DNA from: Patescibacteria group bacterium
GTDB lineage: Bacteria; Patescibacteriota; Minisyncoccia; Minisyncoccales; GWA2-38-27
Assembly (NCBI GenBank): GCA_020148045.1
Contig: JAHCRG010000016.1
Span: 68 to 64,067, forward strand
Direction: 5' to 3'
Length of the DNA stretch: 64,000 nt
In this document: in pieces, positions 28,195 through 37,866 of the stretch
How positions within the stretch are numbered: the stretch's first letter is position 1
How the letters are laid out: each line of letters opens with the position of its first letter
The notes under the pieces: generated by a model
Told to the model about the DNA's origin: nothing
The model's database searches: none
Seen by the model: only the letters and a program-made list of their open reading frames with translations
Position numbers and translations under genes: made by a program

Positions 28195-28274
28195 ACCGGA
28201 CATGGAGATAAAAAATATTTTTTTGTCGGAATTCTTCTACGGGGTCAAGCCCATTACTACCAATTTCATTGGTG

Positions 28275-29369
28275 TCAGGGTAAAAGTTTCAGGGTCATTC
28301 GGTGTTCAGCCGGCTCAATTAATAAGATTTTAAAGTCGCATTTTTCTCCAATTTTCAGAGTTTCCTCCATTTTTTTCTGAGAACCAAATTCAGAAACATG
28401 GCACAATCCCTGAATTTGGGGAGAGATTTTAATAAAAGCGCCAAAGGGATTAAATTTTGTTACTTCCCCTTTTGCAATATCACCCTTTTTATATTTTTTT
28501 TCAATATTCTTCCAAGGGTCTTTTTTCAGGGCTTTTAGAGATAAGGAAACCTTACCATTTGAAATATCAATAATTTTTGCTTTAACTTTTTGGCCAACTT
28601 TAACTATTTCTGAAGGGTCTTCAATTAGTTGCCAATCTAATTCAGAGATGTGAATAAGGCCTTCTAAGTTTTCCGGAGTTTCCTCGGCGGGACCTCCTTT
28701 CGTTGCCGCTACGGAGGGCGAGAATTTTATAAATGCGCCGAAATTTACAACACCAGTAATTTCTCCTTCAACCGCATCTCCTATTTTGTAATTTTTTAAG
28801 ATTTCTTTTATTTTTTTGGTTTCTTTTGCCTTCTCAGATAAAATGAGTTTTTCTTCCTTTTGGTCAAAGTCAAATATTTTTACTTCCATCTCTTTTCCAA
28901 TAAATTTCTGAAGGGCTCTTAAAATTTTCTGAGTATCCCCTCCTTCTATTTTAGGATAATTAGCAAGAGAGAGCTGAGAGACCGGCAGAAAGGCAGGAAT
29001 TCCCGATACCTCTGTTAAGAGTCCTCCCTTGTTTGCTCCTGAAATTTTTACAACGATACTTTCATCTTCTCCCTTTTTCTCTGAGAGCTGCGCCCAGGCA
29101 AGTTCTTTCCCTGCTTTAGTTAAAGAAAGTTCAATGTAACCTTCTTCATTTTCAAGGTCAGTTATTTTTGTAAAGACACTATCCCCGATTTTTAAATCTT
29201 TCAATTTATCTTTTGCTTCGTAAAATTCTTTCCCATAAATTATTCCTGTTCCCAAAGTTCCCAAATCCAAAAACACCGAGGCCTTGCCTTTTCCTACAAT
29301 TTTTCCCTGAACAATCTCGCCAACCTTGGGTGGTTTTAATAAATCATTTTTTTCAATTATTTCTTTCAT
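28275..29369 (-). CDS. rpsA: 30S ribosomal protein S1 (four S1 domains)
   Basis: NKGGL, AFLPVSQL, FGAF..EGLIHISEL repeats. Confidence 0.88.
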   Translation of the reverse strand: MKEIIEKNDLLKPPKVGEIVQGKIVGKGKASVFLDLGTLGTGIIYGKEFYEAKDKLKDLKIGDSVFTKITDLENEEGYIELSLTKAGKELAWAQLSEKKGEDESIVVKISGANKGGLLTEVSGIPAFLPVSQLSLANYPKIEGGDTQKILRALQKFIGKEMEVKIFDFDQKEEKLILSEKAKETKKIKEILKNYKIGDAVEGEITGVVNFGAFIKFSPSVAATKGGPAEETPENLEGLIHISELDWQLIEDPSEIVKVGQKVKAKIIDISNGKVSLSLKALKKDPWKNIEKKYKKGDIAKGEVTKFNPFGAFIKISPQIQGLCHVSEFGSQKKMEETLKIGEKCDFKILLIEPAEHRMTLKLLP

Positions 29370-29499
29370 ATCAATATATATAACATAGAATTTGTATTAT
29401 GGCAACATTTATTTAACGTTTAAATCGACGATTTAAACACTTGAAGGATTGAAACTAAGTTTTATTTATGATAAAATAAAAAAATATAGTAATATAATT

Positions 29500-30156
29500 A
29501 TGAACATTACTTGGTACGGACAATCTTGTTTTCAAATTTCCTCAGCGCAGGGGAAAAACAATCACGTCTCAATTATAATTGACCCCTTTGGAGGGGATAT
29601 TGGCTTAAAGCTTCCCAGAAAGCTTGAAGCTGATGTTGTGTTGGTCAGCCACGACCATTTTGACCATAACAATATTAAGGCAGTTTCTGGTCAGCCCTTG
29701 GTTATAAAAGGACCTGGTGAATATGAAATAAAAGGAGTCTTTGTTCAAGGGATTTCTGGTTTTCATGATAACTCTCAAGGAGCAAAAAGAGGAAATGTAA
29801 CAATTTATACTATTGAGACAGAGGGAATGCGAATGTGCCATTTAGGGGACCTGGGTCAAAAAGAATTAAGTTCTGACCAACTTGATAAAATTGGTGAAGT
29901 TGACATACTAATGATTCCGGTTGGAGGAATTTATACAATTGACGCTGGCGAGGCAATAAAAGTAATGGCTCAGATTGAACCCAAAATTACAATACCAATG
30001 CATTATCAAATTCCCAAACTTAAAATCAAGCTTGAAGGAATAGGTAAATTTTTAAAAGCTCTGGGGATAAAATCCTTAGAGCCATTACCTAAGTTATCTA
30101 TTAGGAAAAAAGACATTTCTTCTGAGGAAGCAAAAATAATTGTGTTGAAACCGTAA
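29500..30156 (+). CDS. MBL-fold metallo-hydrolase
   Basis: ITWYGQSCF, SHDHFDH, HLGD, PVGG, PMHY; ATG 29500 preferred. Confidence 0.9.
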   Translation: MNITWYGQSCFQISSAQGKNNHVSIIIDPFGGDIGLKLPRKLEADVVLVSHDHFDHNNIKAVSGQPLVIKGPGEYEIKGVFVQGISGFHDNSQGAKRGNVTIYTIETEGMRMCHLGDLGQKELSSDQLDKIGEVDILMIPVGGIYTIDAGEAIKVMAQIEPKITIPMHYQIPKLKIKLEGIGKFLKALGIKSLEPLPKLSIRKKDISSEEAKIIVLKP

Positions 30157-30158
30157 TC

Positions 30159-30359
30159 GTGAATATCTTAAAAAAACTTCAGAAACAGCCAGAACATGTA
30201 AGAAAGATGATTCTTTGGTCAGTGGTCATTATAGTGGGTTTGGTTTTAGCAGTTTTATGGATTAATAGCTCGTATAAAGGAATTCAAAAGCTTGAATCAC
30301 AAAACATTATTCAAGAATTAAATGTTCCTAAAATAGAGATGCCTGCAATCAATGAATAA
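30159..30359 (+). CDS. Small single-TM hypothetical protein
   Basis: One TM helix, tightly packed between MBL gene and gyrA. Confidence 0.65.
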   Translation: MNILKKLQKQPEHVRKMILWSVVIIVGLVLAVLWINSSYKGIQKLESQNIIQELNVPKIEMPAINE

Positions 30360-32832
30360 AGAACAGAAAACAACAAGCAAAGTGGGGAGTATAAGGGATC
30401 GGGAGATAACCGAAGAGATGAGAGAGTCCTACATTGATTACGCAATGTCAGTTATTATTTCGCGAGCCCTTCCTGATGTTCGCGATGGCTTAAAACCTGT
30501 TCATCGCCGAATTTTGTATGCCATGCACGAGATGGGACTAGGATATACTGCTAAATTTAGAAAATCGGCTGCCGTAATTGGAGAAGTTCTTGGGAAATTC
30601 CATCCTCACGGCGACCAGGCAGTTTATGATGCTGCAATGAGAATGGCTCAAGATTTTTCATTAAGATATCCTTTGATTCAAGGACAAGGGAATGTAGGCT
30701 CTATTGACGATCCGAGCGAGTTTGCAGCTATGAGATATACCGAGATGAAGCTCTCAAAAATTGGCGAAGAAATGTTAAGAGATATTGGAAAAGATACAGT
30801 TGATTTTAGACCTAACTATGATGGTACAAGAAAAGAACCAATAGTTTCACCCTCTCCTCTGCCTCAACTTCTTTTAAATGGTTCTTTGGGAATTGCCGTT
30901 GGGATGGCTACTAATATCCCTCCTCACAATCTTTCTGAAGTTTCAGACGCTTTAATTTACTTGATTGACCATCCTAAGGTAACAATCGAGGACCTTTTTA
31001 AATTCATCAGAGGTCCGGATTTCCCAACCGGAGGGGCAATTTTTGGCAAAAAAGAAATAATTTCCGCCTATTCTCAAGGGAAAGGGCCAATTGTAGTTCG
31101 TGGGAAAGCAGAGGCAGTGGAAAAAAAGGAACGGCGTCAACAAATTATTATTACTGAGATTCCTTTCCAAGTTCAAAAGTCAAGTTTAATTGAGCAGTTT
31201 GCCAAATTGGTTCAAGACAAAAGAATTCAAGGGATAAAGGATATCAGGGATGAATCAGACAGAGAAGGGATGAGAATTGTGCTTGACCTTCAAAGAGACG
31301 CTTATCCCAAGAAGGTTTTAAACCGGCTTTACAAGTTTAGTGATTTGCAAAAAACCTTTCATCTAAATATGTTAGCCCTGGTAGATGGAATTCAGCCAAG
31401 GGTATTATCGCTTGTTGACTTTTTAAATTATTTTATCGTTCACAGGAAAGAAGTGGTTGTTAGAAGGACAAAATATGATTTAGAGCGGGCCAAAGAAAGA
31501 ACCCATATTTTAGAAGGTTTAAACAAGTGCCTGACAAAGATTGATGCGGTAATAAAAACGATTAAGGCCTCAAAAAATAGAGAGGAAGCTCAGAAGAATT
31601 TAATCAAGAAATTTAAATTAACTGAAATTCAGGCTAATGCTATTTTAGAAACAAAATTAGCTGCTTTGGCAAAGTTAGAAAGAAAGAAAATTGAGGATGA
31701 ACTTAAAGAAATGCGGGCTAAAATTAAAGAGTTTACGGCAATTCTTAAAAGCCCTCAGAAAATAAAAGAAGTTGTCAAAAAAGAATTAGAAGAACTTAAA
31801 GAGAATTTTGGGGATGAAAGGAAAACAAAAGTTTTTGCTCAAAAAGTTGGAGAGATTGCAGAAGAGGATTTAATCCCCTTAGAGGAGACAATTATTACCT
31901 TAACCCGGGGGGGTTATATTAAGAGAATAAATCCTGCCACTTATAAAATTCAAAGAAGAGGAGGAAAGGGGATTTTGGGAATGAAAACCTTACAGGATGA
32001 TGTTGTTGAGCATTTTCTTTTAGCTCAGACACACGACTCATTGCTTTTCTTTATTGATTCGGGAAAAGTTTTCAGAACTTTGGTTTATGAAATTCCTGAA
32101 GGGGCACGGGTGGCTCGGGGCAGAGGCCTTTTGAATTTCATTGAGGTTTCCCCTGAAGAAAAGGTTTTATCTTTAATGACTCTCGGTAAGGAGGACATCA
32201 ATCTGGGGATAAAAAATTTAGTAATGGTAACCCAAAATGGTATAATAAAGAAAACTGCTTTGGGGGAGTTTAAAAATGTTCGGAGGTCCGGCTTGATTGC
32301 AATAAAACTTAGAAAAAGCGACCTTTTAAAAAAAGTTGCCAAGAGCACCGGCCAAAATGAGATAATTATAGTAACAAAAAAAGGCCAATCCATCCGATTT
32401 AAAGAGCAAGATATAAGAGAAATGGGGAGACCGGCTTCGGGTGTCAAGGGAATTAGGTTAAGAAAGGGAGATAAGGTGGTGGGGATGGACATGATAGAAC
32501 AAGAAACAAGAAACAAGAAACAAGAAACAAGAAAATATTTATTAGTAGTGACAGAGAATGGGTATGGGAAGAGAACAGATTTGAGAGAATACAAATTGCA
32601 AGGAAGAGGAGGAACGGGCATTAAAACAGCTAATATTACTACCAAAACCGGAGAACTGGTTGCCTCAAGGCTTTTAACAGGCGAGGAGGAAGATTTGATT
32701 GTTATTTCTCAAAAGGGTCAGGTAATTAGGGCAAAGATTTCCTCAATTCCCAAAATCAGCCGAGCAACTCAAGGAGTAAAAATAATGAGATTAGACGAAA
32801 GAGACAAAGTTGCTTCAGCCACCTGCATTTAA
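30352..32832 (+). CDS. gyrA: DNA gyrase subunit A
   Basis: [28 protein letters not shown], GyrA-box QRRGGKG. Confidence 0.98.
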   Translation: MNKEQKTTSKVGSIRDREITEEMRESYIDYAMSVIISRALPDVRDGLKPVHRRILYAMHEMGLGYTAKFRKSAAVIGEVLGKFHPHGDQAVYDAAMRMAQDFSLRYPLIQGQGNVGSIDDPSEFAAMRYTEMKLSKIGEEMLRDIGKDTVDFRPNYDGTRKEPIVSPSPLPQLLLNGSLGIAVGMATNIPPHNLSEVSDALIYLIDHPKVTIEDLFKFIRGPDFPTGGAIFGKKEIISAYSQGKGPIVVRGKAEAVEKKERRQQIIITEIPFQVQKSSLIEQFAKLVQDKRIQGIKDIRDESDREGMRIVLDLQRDAYPKKVLNRLYKFSDLQKTFHLNMLALVDGIQPRVLSLVDFLNYFIVHRKEVVVRRTKYDLERAKERTHILEGLNKCLTKIDAVIKTIKASKNREEAQKNLIKKFKLTEIQANAILETKLAALAKLERKKIEDELKEMRAKIKEFTAILKSPQKIKEVVKKELEELKENFGDERKTKVFAQKVGEIAEEDLIPLEETIITLTRGGYIKRINPATYKIQRRGGKGILGMKTLQDDVVEHFLLAQTHDSLLFFIDSGKVFRTLVYEIPEGARVARGRGLLNFIEVSPEEKVLSLMTLGKEDINLGIKNLVMVTQNGIIKKTALGEFKNVRRSGLIAIKLRKSDLLKKVAKSTGQNEIIIVTKKGQSIRFKEQDIREMGRPASGVKGIRLRKGDKVVGMDMIEQETRNKKQETRKYLLVVTENGYGKRTDLREYKLQGRGGTGIKTANITTKTGELVASRLLTGEEEDLIVISQKGQVIRAKISSIPKISRATQGVKIMRLDERDKVASATCI
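32498..32532 (+). repeat. (AACAAGA)x5 inside gyrA
   Basis: Five perfect heptamer copies encoding [13 protein letters not shown]. Confidence 0.9.
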
Positions 32833-32834
32833 AC

Positions 32835-33362
32835 ATGAATCAGTCTTTTCTAAATCCAGAAGAAGTATTAGACCAACTTGAGCTGCGTCTGGATATGGTT
32901 GCAGCTGAGTTTGGTTGTGGTTCAGGCGGTTTTGCTATTCCTTTGGCAAAAAGATTGGAAGAGGGATTAGTTTATGGTTTAGATATTCAGCGAGCTCCCC
33001 TCTCTGCTTTAAAAAGCCGAGCCCTTTTGGAAAATATCACTAATATTAGAACTATCTGCTCTGATTTAGAAAAACCAAAAGGTTCAACATTAACTAGATC
33101 TTCAGTGGATTTGGTATTTATCCCCAACGTACTTTTTCAAATAAAAGATAAAAATGCTATAATATCAGAAGCAGAGAGAGTTTTGAAAAATAAAGGGAAA
33201 TTAGTAGTAATTGACTGGGCACCCAAGGCGCCCCAAGGACCTGAGGAGGGAAGGATTTCTCCAAAAGAAGTAAAAAAAATCACGGAGAAAATAGGATTTA
33301 AATTAGAAAAAGAATTTGAAGCAGGAAAATATCATTTTGGACTTATTTTTGAAAAACCCTAA
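32835..33362 (+). CDS. Class I SAM-dependent methyltransferase
   Basis: EFGCGSG, YGLD, RVLK..GKLVVIDW. Confidence 0.88.
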   Translation: MNQSFLNPEEVLDQLELRLDMVAAEFGCGSGGFAIPLAKRLEEGLVYGLDIQRAPLSALKSRALLENITNIRTICSDLEKPKGSTLTRSSVDLVFIPNVLFQIKDKNAIISEAERVLKNKGKLVVIDWAPKAPQGPEEGRISPKEVKKITEKIGFKLEKEFEAGKYHFGLIFEKP

Positions 33363-33368
33363 AATCAT

Positions 33369-33419
33369 TTTAACATTTTAACATATGCTTGCATGTTTAA
33401 ATGTTTATATGTTAGAATG
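33369..33419. repeat. Heptamer inverted pair (TTTAACA)n ... (ATGTTTA)n
   Basis: tttaacattttaacat...atgtttaaatgtttatatgttagaatg. Confidence 0.75.
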
Positions 33420-33427
33420 AATCATTA

Positions 33428-33781
33428 ATGAAACCCTATCTATCCAAATTAATATTTTTCTTGCTGTTAATTTCTTTTCTTATTCCCTTAACAGTTCAAG
33501 GAGTTACAATTGAGAATCCTTTAAAAGCTCAAAGTTTCTGGGATTTGATAGATAAACTTATTGATTTTATATTTTACCTTGCCATAGCCATAGCTCCGAT
33601 AATGTTTATTGTTGCTGGATTTTACTTTATAACAGCAGCCGGCGACCCAGAAAAAATCCAGACAGCTAAAAAAATGATTCTCTGGGTTCTAATTGGATTA
33701 CTTATTGTTTTTTTAGCTAAAGCATTGATTGTATTTTTTGTAGAAATGTTTGGTATACCAATACCGCCAACAACACCTTAA
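33428..33781 (+). CDS. TrbC/VirB2-like pilin
   Basis: Signal peptide, ENPL, AG..FITAAGDPEK..AKK..W..IG. Confidence 0.8.
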   Translation: MKPYLSKLIFFLLLISFLIPLTVQGVTIENPLKAQSFWDLIDKLIDFIFYLAIAIAPIMFIVAGFYFITAAGDPEKIQTAKKMILWVLIGLLIVFLAKALIVFFVEMFGIPIPPTTP

Positions 33782-33840
33782 AATTATAACCGTTATAAAT
33801 TATAAAGGTCGACCTCAAACTTAATAACTTTGACAAAAAA

Positions 33841-34176
33841 ATGAAAAAAGTTTTAGTAAGCTTGATTTTAACAAGTCTTCTATCTATTCCAGTATTGGCA
33901 TTAGCACAGGCACAACCAGGTCCTATTACTGCGCCCGGCTGGTTAACTTACGATGTCGTAGATACGCTCGACAGTGTCACTAATTACCTTTTTGGATTTT
34001 TATTAGTTATAGCTGCTATCGCCATTATAATTGCTGCTTACTTTTTTGTTACAGCAGCCGGAGATCCCGATAAGACAAAAAGAGCAAGAGATTTTGTTAT
34101 GTATGCTGTGATTGGAGTGTTAGTAGCTTTCCTTGCCAAAGGATTAGTGATGCTTGTAAGTTATGTAGCAAGGTAA
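33841..34176 (+). CDS. TrbC/VirB2-like pilin (paralogue)
   Basis: Signal peptide ALA, FVTAAGDPDK..AR..YAVIG. Confidence 0.8.
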   Translation: MKKVLVSLILTSLLSIPVLALAQAQPGPITAPGWLTYDVVDTLDSVTNYLFGFLLVIAAIAIIIAAYFFVTAAGDPDKTKRARDFVMYAVIGVLVAFLAKGLVMLVSYVAR

Positions 34177-34219
34177 CATAATCTTTTTAGGTAGACTAAA
34201 AGAATAATATTTGTATTGT

Positions 34220-34282
34220 AACCCCGTTAGAGGTTCTTTCGTTTTGTGCTTTCATCTTAGCGTTGTAACCTCTAACGGGGTT
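34220..34282. repeat. Miniature inverted-repeat element with 16-bp perfect arms
   Basis: aaccccgttagaggtt ... aacctctaacggggtt. Confidence 0.8.
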
Positions 34283-34315
34283 GATTTTTTATATAAAAAA
34301 GGTATAATAAAAAAA

Positions 34316-34397
34316 GCCCTCGTGGTGGAACTGGAATACACGCGTGGTTTAGGACCACGTCCTGAAAAGGTTGCGGGTTCGAATCCTGCCGAGGGCA
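34316..34397 (+). tRNA. tRNA-Leu(TAG)
   Basis: cgtgg-tt-TAG-ga-ccacg, variable arm. Confidence 0.94.
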
Positions 34398-34424
34398 CAA
34401 AAAACCGCCCGATAAGGCGGCTTT

Positions 34425-34459
34425 TGTTTACTGTTTACTGTTTACTGTTTACTGTTTGC
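34425..34459. repeat. (TGTTTAC)x4-5 heptamer array after terminator
   Basis: Four perfect copies plus one degenerate. Confidence 0.9.
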
Positions 34460-34464
34460 TGTTA

Positions 34465-35061
34465 CTATTCTCTCACAGCTATCTTTCTTTTCTTTTCTCT
34501 TTCAATTTTTGGTATTCTAATAGTTAAAATTCCATTTTCTATTGTGGCTTCAGCTCTTGAGCTGTCAACTTCTGCAGGTAGAATAATCTCTCTGGAAAAC
34601 CTGCCCCAATAACATTCTTGATAAAAATAATTTTTTTTCTCTTCTGTAAATTTCCTTTCTCTATTTCCCCTTATGATGACTAAATCATTTTCAATAGTGA
34701 TATCTAAATCTTCTGGCTCTATTCCAGCAATAGCTGACTGAATAATAATTTCTTTATCTGTTTGATAAACATCAATCGTTAATTGCCCCTCTGGTTCAAA
34801 CCATTTTTTTTCCTTTCCTGTTTCAATCTTTTTCTTTTCAGTTTTTTCCTTTTTTATTTCAATCTTTTTGGCTTTCTTTACCCCGTTAGAGATTTTCTTT
34901 CTTGGTGTTTCTTCTTTACCTTTGTAATCTCTAGCGGGATTTACTGGCTTTTTTCTTTTCTCTGGTTTAGTTTTAGCAGCAGCCAAAACAACGGAAGATT
35001 CTTCTTCTGGTAATTCTTCAACATCCATTCCTTTTTTAAGTTTCTCAAAAAAATCTGTCAT
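34465..35061 (-). CDS. Hsp20/alpha-crystallin small heat-shock protein
   Basis: IDVYQT, ECYWGRFSREIILP, NGILTIRIPK. Confidence 0.92.
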   Translation of the reverse strand: MTDFFEKLKKGMDVEELPEEESSVVLAAAKTKPEKRKKPVNPARDYKGKEETPRKKISNGVKKAKKIEIKKEKTEKKKIETGKEKKWFEPEGQLTIDVYQTDKEIIIQSAIAGIEPEDLDITIENDLVIIRGNRERKFTEEKKNYFYQECYWGRFSREIILPAEVDSSRAEATIENGILTIRIPKIEREKKRKIAVRE

Positions 35062-35813
35062 TTTATCTTGCAGACACTTGCCATTTTCTTAAGTTTCCTA
35101 AAGCCGAAGGAAACAAAAAAGGCAAGACCGCTTAAAATAATAACTAAAGAGATAACTGAGGAAGTTAATAAGAGAGAATTTTGACTCGTTAGTCCTTCCT
35201 CAATTCCTATTATAGAAATATTGAAGAGACCATGCAAGAGAGTAGCAATTACTACTCCTTTGATAATTAATTTCAGCCGTTTTTTAGATTCAAAAAAAGA
35301 TAGAGCCAAAAAATAGCCCAGAGTTCCGGAACATAAAGCATGCAAAAAAGTAGCTCCGATAAAACGGAAAGAAGTAATAGCTATGGCTTCACCAAAAAGA
35401 AGAGGCCCTTTTCCGGAAAATAAAACCAGGATATTCTCCAAAGCAGCAAAACCTAAAGCTATAATAATCATATAAAGTATAGTATCTACAGGTTCATCAA
35501 ATTCTGGATTATTTATTACTTTTTCTCTAACAATTAGATATTTAGAGCACTCTTCCACCAAAGCTATTATAAGGAAGTGGTATAAAGCAAAAAATAAAAA
35601 AGGGAAAGTTTTAAACCAGTTTTCGCCAACTATAACTAAAGCTCCGGAAATTCCTATTTCTATCAGGGCAGCTATTATAGCTGCTAGCATTCCATAAAAG
35701 AAAATTTTTAAAATCATTCTGTTTGATTCAGGATGAGCATCTTTTCGCAAGTAAAAGAGAAGCCAGATAACACTGGGAGCTAAACCAAGAAAGATGTAGA
35801 GGAGATAAATCAT
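35058..35813 (-). CDS. PrsW family intramembrane metalloprotease
   Basis: EECSK, LGFAALEN, LHA, LHGLFN. Confidence 0.92.
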   Translation of the reverse strand: MIYLLYIFLGLAPSVIWLLFYLRKDAHPESNRMILKIFFYGMLAAIIAALIEIGISGALVIVGENWFKTFPFLFFALYHFLIIALVEECSKYLIVREKVINNPEFDEPVDTILYMIIIALGFAALENILVLFSGKGPLLFGEAIAITSFRFIGATFLHALCSGTLGYFLALSFFESKKRLKLIIKGVVIATLLHGLFNISIIGIEEGLTSQNSLLLTSSVISLVIILSGLAFFVSFGFRKLKKMASVCKIK

Positions 35814-37855
35814 GATTTTGGCCATTTTTCAATCATTAAGCATTTCGTTTTGTTCTTAATGGGTATTTTCTGATAAATTTCTTCTGTTATAAATGGAATA
35901 AATGGATGTAAAAGTTTTAAAGAAGATGATAGAACATAAAGTAAAATCTTTTGAGTTTTTTTATTATCTTGCTTTTTAGATGCTTCAATATATACATCAC
36001 AAAAATCATGCCAAAAGAAATTATATAAAGTATGGGTTGCCTTCCCAAACCGAAAATTCTCCAAATCATTATTAACTGACTTTGTTGTTTTGTTTAACTG
36101 TTTTAAAATCCTTTTATCCGCAGAGGTTAAATTCTTCTCCTTGGGTTTAGAAATTAGAAATTCGAAATTAGAAATTCCGATTTGTCCCAAGACAAATCGG
36201 CTTGCATTCCATATTTTATTACAAAACTTTTTCCCCATTATCATATTATCTTTTACAAATCTCATATCTTGGCCTCCCATAATTTGGTAGGCAATTCCAA
36301 AACGAGTAGCGTCAGCGCCATAGTCATTGATAAGATTTATCGGGTCTACGCCGGTGCCAAGGGACTTTGACATTCTTTTTCCCTCTCTGGTTAGGATAGT
36401 GCTATGAATATAAACATCTTTAAATGGAATTTTTTCCATAAACTCTATTCCAGAAAAAATCATCCGGGCAACCCAAAGATTTATTATATCTCGAGCAGTA
36501 CTCAAAACATCGGTAGGATAAAAAGTTTTAAGGTCTTTAACCGAAGAGGGCCAGCCGAGCGTGGCAAAAGGCCAGAGAGCAGAGCTAAACCAAGTATCTA
36601 AGACATCTTTTTCTTCTTTTAAGGGAATCTTATGGCCCCACCAGATTTGGCGGGAAATACACCAATCTTTTATATTTTTCAGCCAATCAAAATATGGTTT
36701 TTCAAAACTTTTGGGATGAAATTTTATTTTACCCTCTTTTACTGGTTTTTCTGCCATTTTAGCTAATTTGTCCATTTTCAAAAACCATTGCTTAGAAAGA
36801 ATTGGTTCCAGAACAGTATTACATCTATAACAACGGGCAATATTATGGGTATATGGTTCTGTTTTCTCCAAAATTCCAATTTTTTTCATATCTTCTACAA
36901 TCTGCTTTCTCGCTTTCATCACCGTGAGCCCAGCATATTTTTCAGCCAGTTTTGTCATTCGTCCATCCGGACCGATTACTTGTTTTTTTTCAAGTTTGTA
37001 TTTTTCGCCTATTTCAAAATCATGAAGATCATGGGCAGGTGTTACCTTCATAGCGCCGGTACCAAAACTCATATCAACTGCTCTATCTCCAATAACCTTC
37101 ATTTTATTTTTACCTAAAACGGTTTGAATAACAATGGTTTTACCAATGTATTTTTTATATCTCGGGTCTTTCGGATTCACCGCCACGGCGGTGTCACCTA
37201 ATTTTGTTTCCGGCCTAACCGTAGCAATGGTAATAGGCCCGTATTTAATGTAATACATTTCAGCTGGTTCTTCTTTATATACAACCTCAAGGTCTGACAA
37301 ACTTGTGTAACATCTTGGACACCAATTAACAGCTCTTTTTCCCCGATAAATCCACCCCTTTTTATAATAATGTAAAAAGGCCTCTTTAACTGCAAGAGAA
37401 TAATCTTTATCCATAGTGAATCTGGTTTTGGACCAATCGCAAGAGCAGCCCAATTTTTTTAACTGGTCTAAAATAATATCTCCGTATTTATCTTTCCATT
37501 TCCATATTTCCTTGATGAATTTTTCTCGGCCCAAATCAAATCTGGTTAAGCCCTCTTTTTTAAGTTTTTTCTCAACTACGTTTTGGGTAGCAATTCCGGC
37601 GTGGTCTGTTCCAGGGAGCCAAAGGGCTTTAAATCCCTGCATTCTTTTCCAACGAATTAGAGTATCTTGAATAACTGCATTCAGAGCATGGCCCATATGA
37701 AGTCCGCCAGTAACATTTGGTGGAGGGATAACAATTGTATATGGCTTTTTGTGGCGTTTGGGAAGTTTATCTGGATTGAAAAAACCACTCTTAAGCCAGA
37801 GCTTATAGATTCTGTCTTCAACGTCTTTAGGACTATAAGTTTTAGATAGTTTCAT
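35810..37855 (-). CDS. valS: Valine--tRNA ligase (lacks C-terminal coiled coil)
   Basis: PPPNVTG.LHMGH, GTDHAGIATQ, DWCISRQ, RMSKS; 681 aa. Confidence 0.96.
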   Translation of the reverse strand: MKLSKTYSPKDVEDRIYKLWLKSGFFNPDKLPKRHKKPYTIVIPPPNVTGGLHMGHALNAVIQDTLIRWKRMQGFKALWLPGTDHAGIATQNVVEKKLKKEGLTRFDLGREKFIKEIWKWKDKYGDIILDQLKKLGCSCDWSKTRFTMDKDYSLAVKEAFLHYYKKGWIYRGKRAVNWCPRCYTSLSDLEVVYKEEPAEMYYIKYGPITIATVRPETKLGDTAVAVNPKDPRYKKYIGKTIVIQTVLGKNKMKVIGDRAVDMSFGTGAMKVTPAHDLHDFEIGEKYKLEKKQVIGPDGRMTKLAEKYAGLTVMKARKQIVEDMKKIGILEKTEPYTHNIARCYRCNTVLEPILSKQWFLKMDKLAKMAEKPVKEGKIKFHPKSFEKPYFDWLKNIKDWCISRQIWWGHKIPLKEEKDVLDTWFSSALWPFATLGWPSSVKDLKTFYPTDVLSTARDIINLWVARMIFSGIEFMEKIPFKDVYIHSTILTREGKRMSKSLGTGVDPINLINDYGADATRFGIAYQIMGGQDMRFVKDNMIMGKKFCNKIWNASRFVLGQIGISNFEFLISKPKEKNLTSADKRILKQLNKTTKSVNNDLENFRFGKATHTLYNFFWHDFCDVYIEASKKQDNKKTQKILLYVLSSSLKLLHPFIPFITEEIYQKIPIKNKTKCLMIEKWPKS

Positions 37856-37866
37856 GTAGGTTCATT

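Noticed and set aside
28195..28274. Possible ncRNA after the S1 gene (accaat-gaa-attggt hairpin, accccgtagaa resembling the inverted-repeat element arm)
   Set aside because: No promoter, no second arm and no coherent fold visible; treated as 3' UTR.
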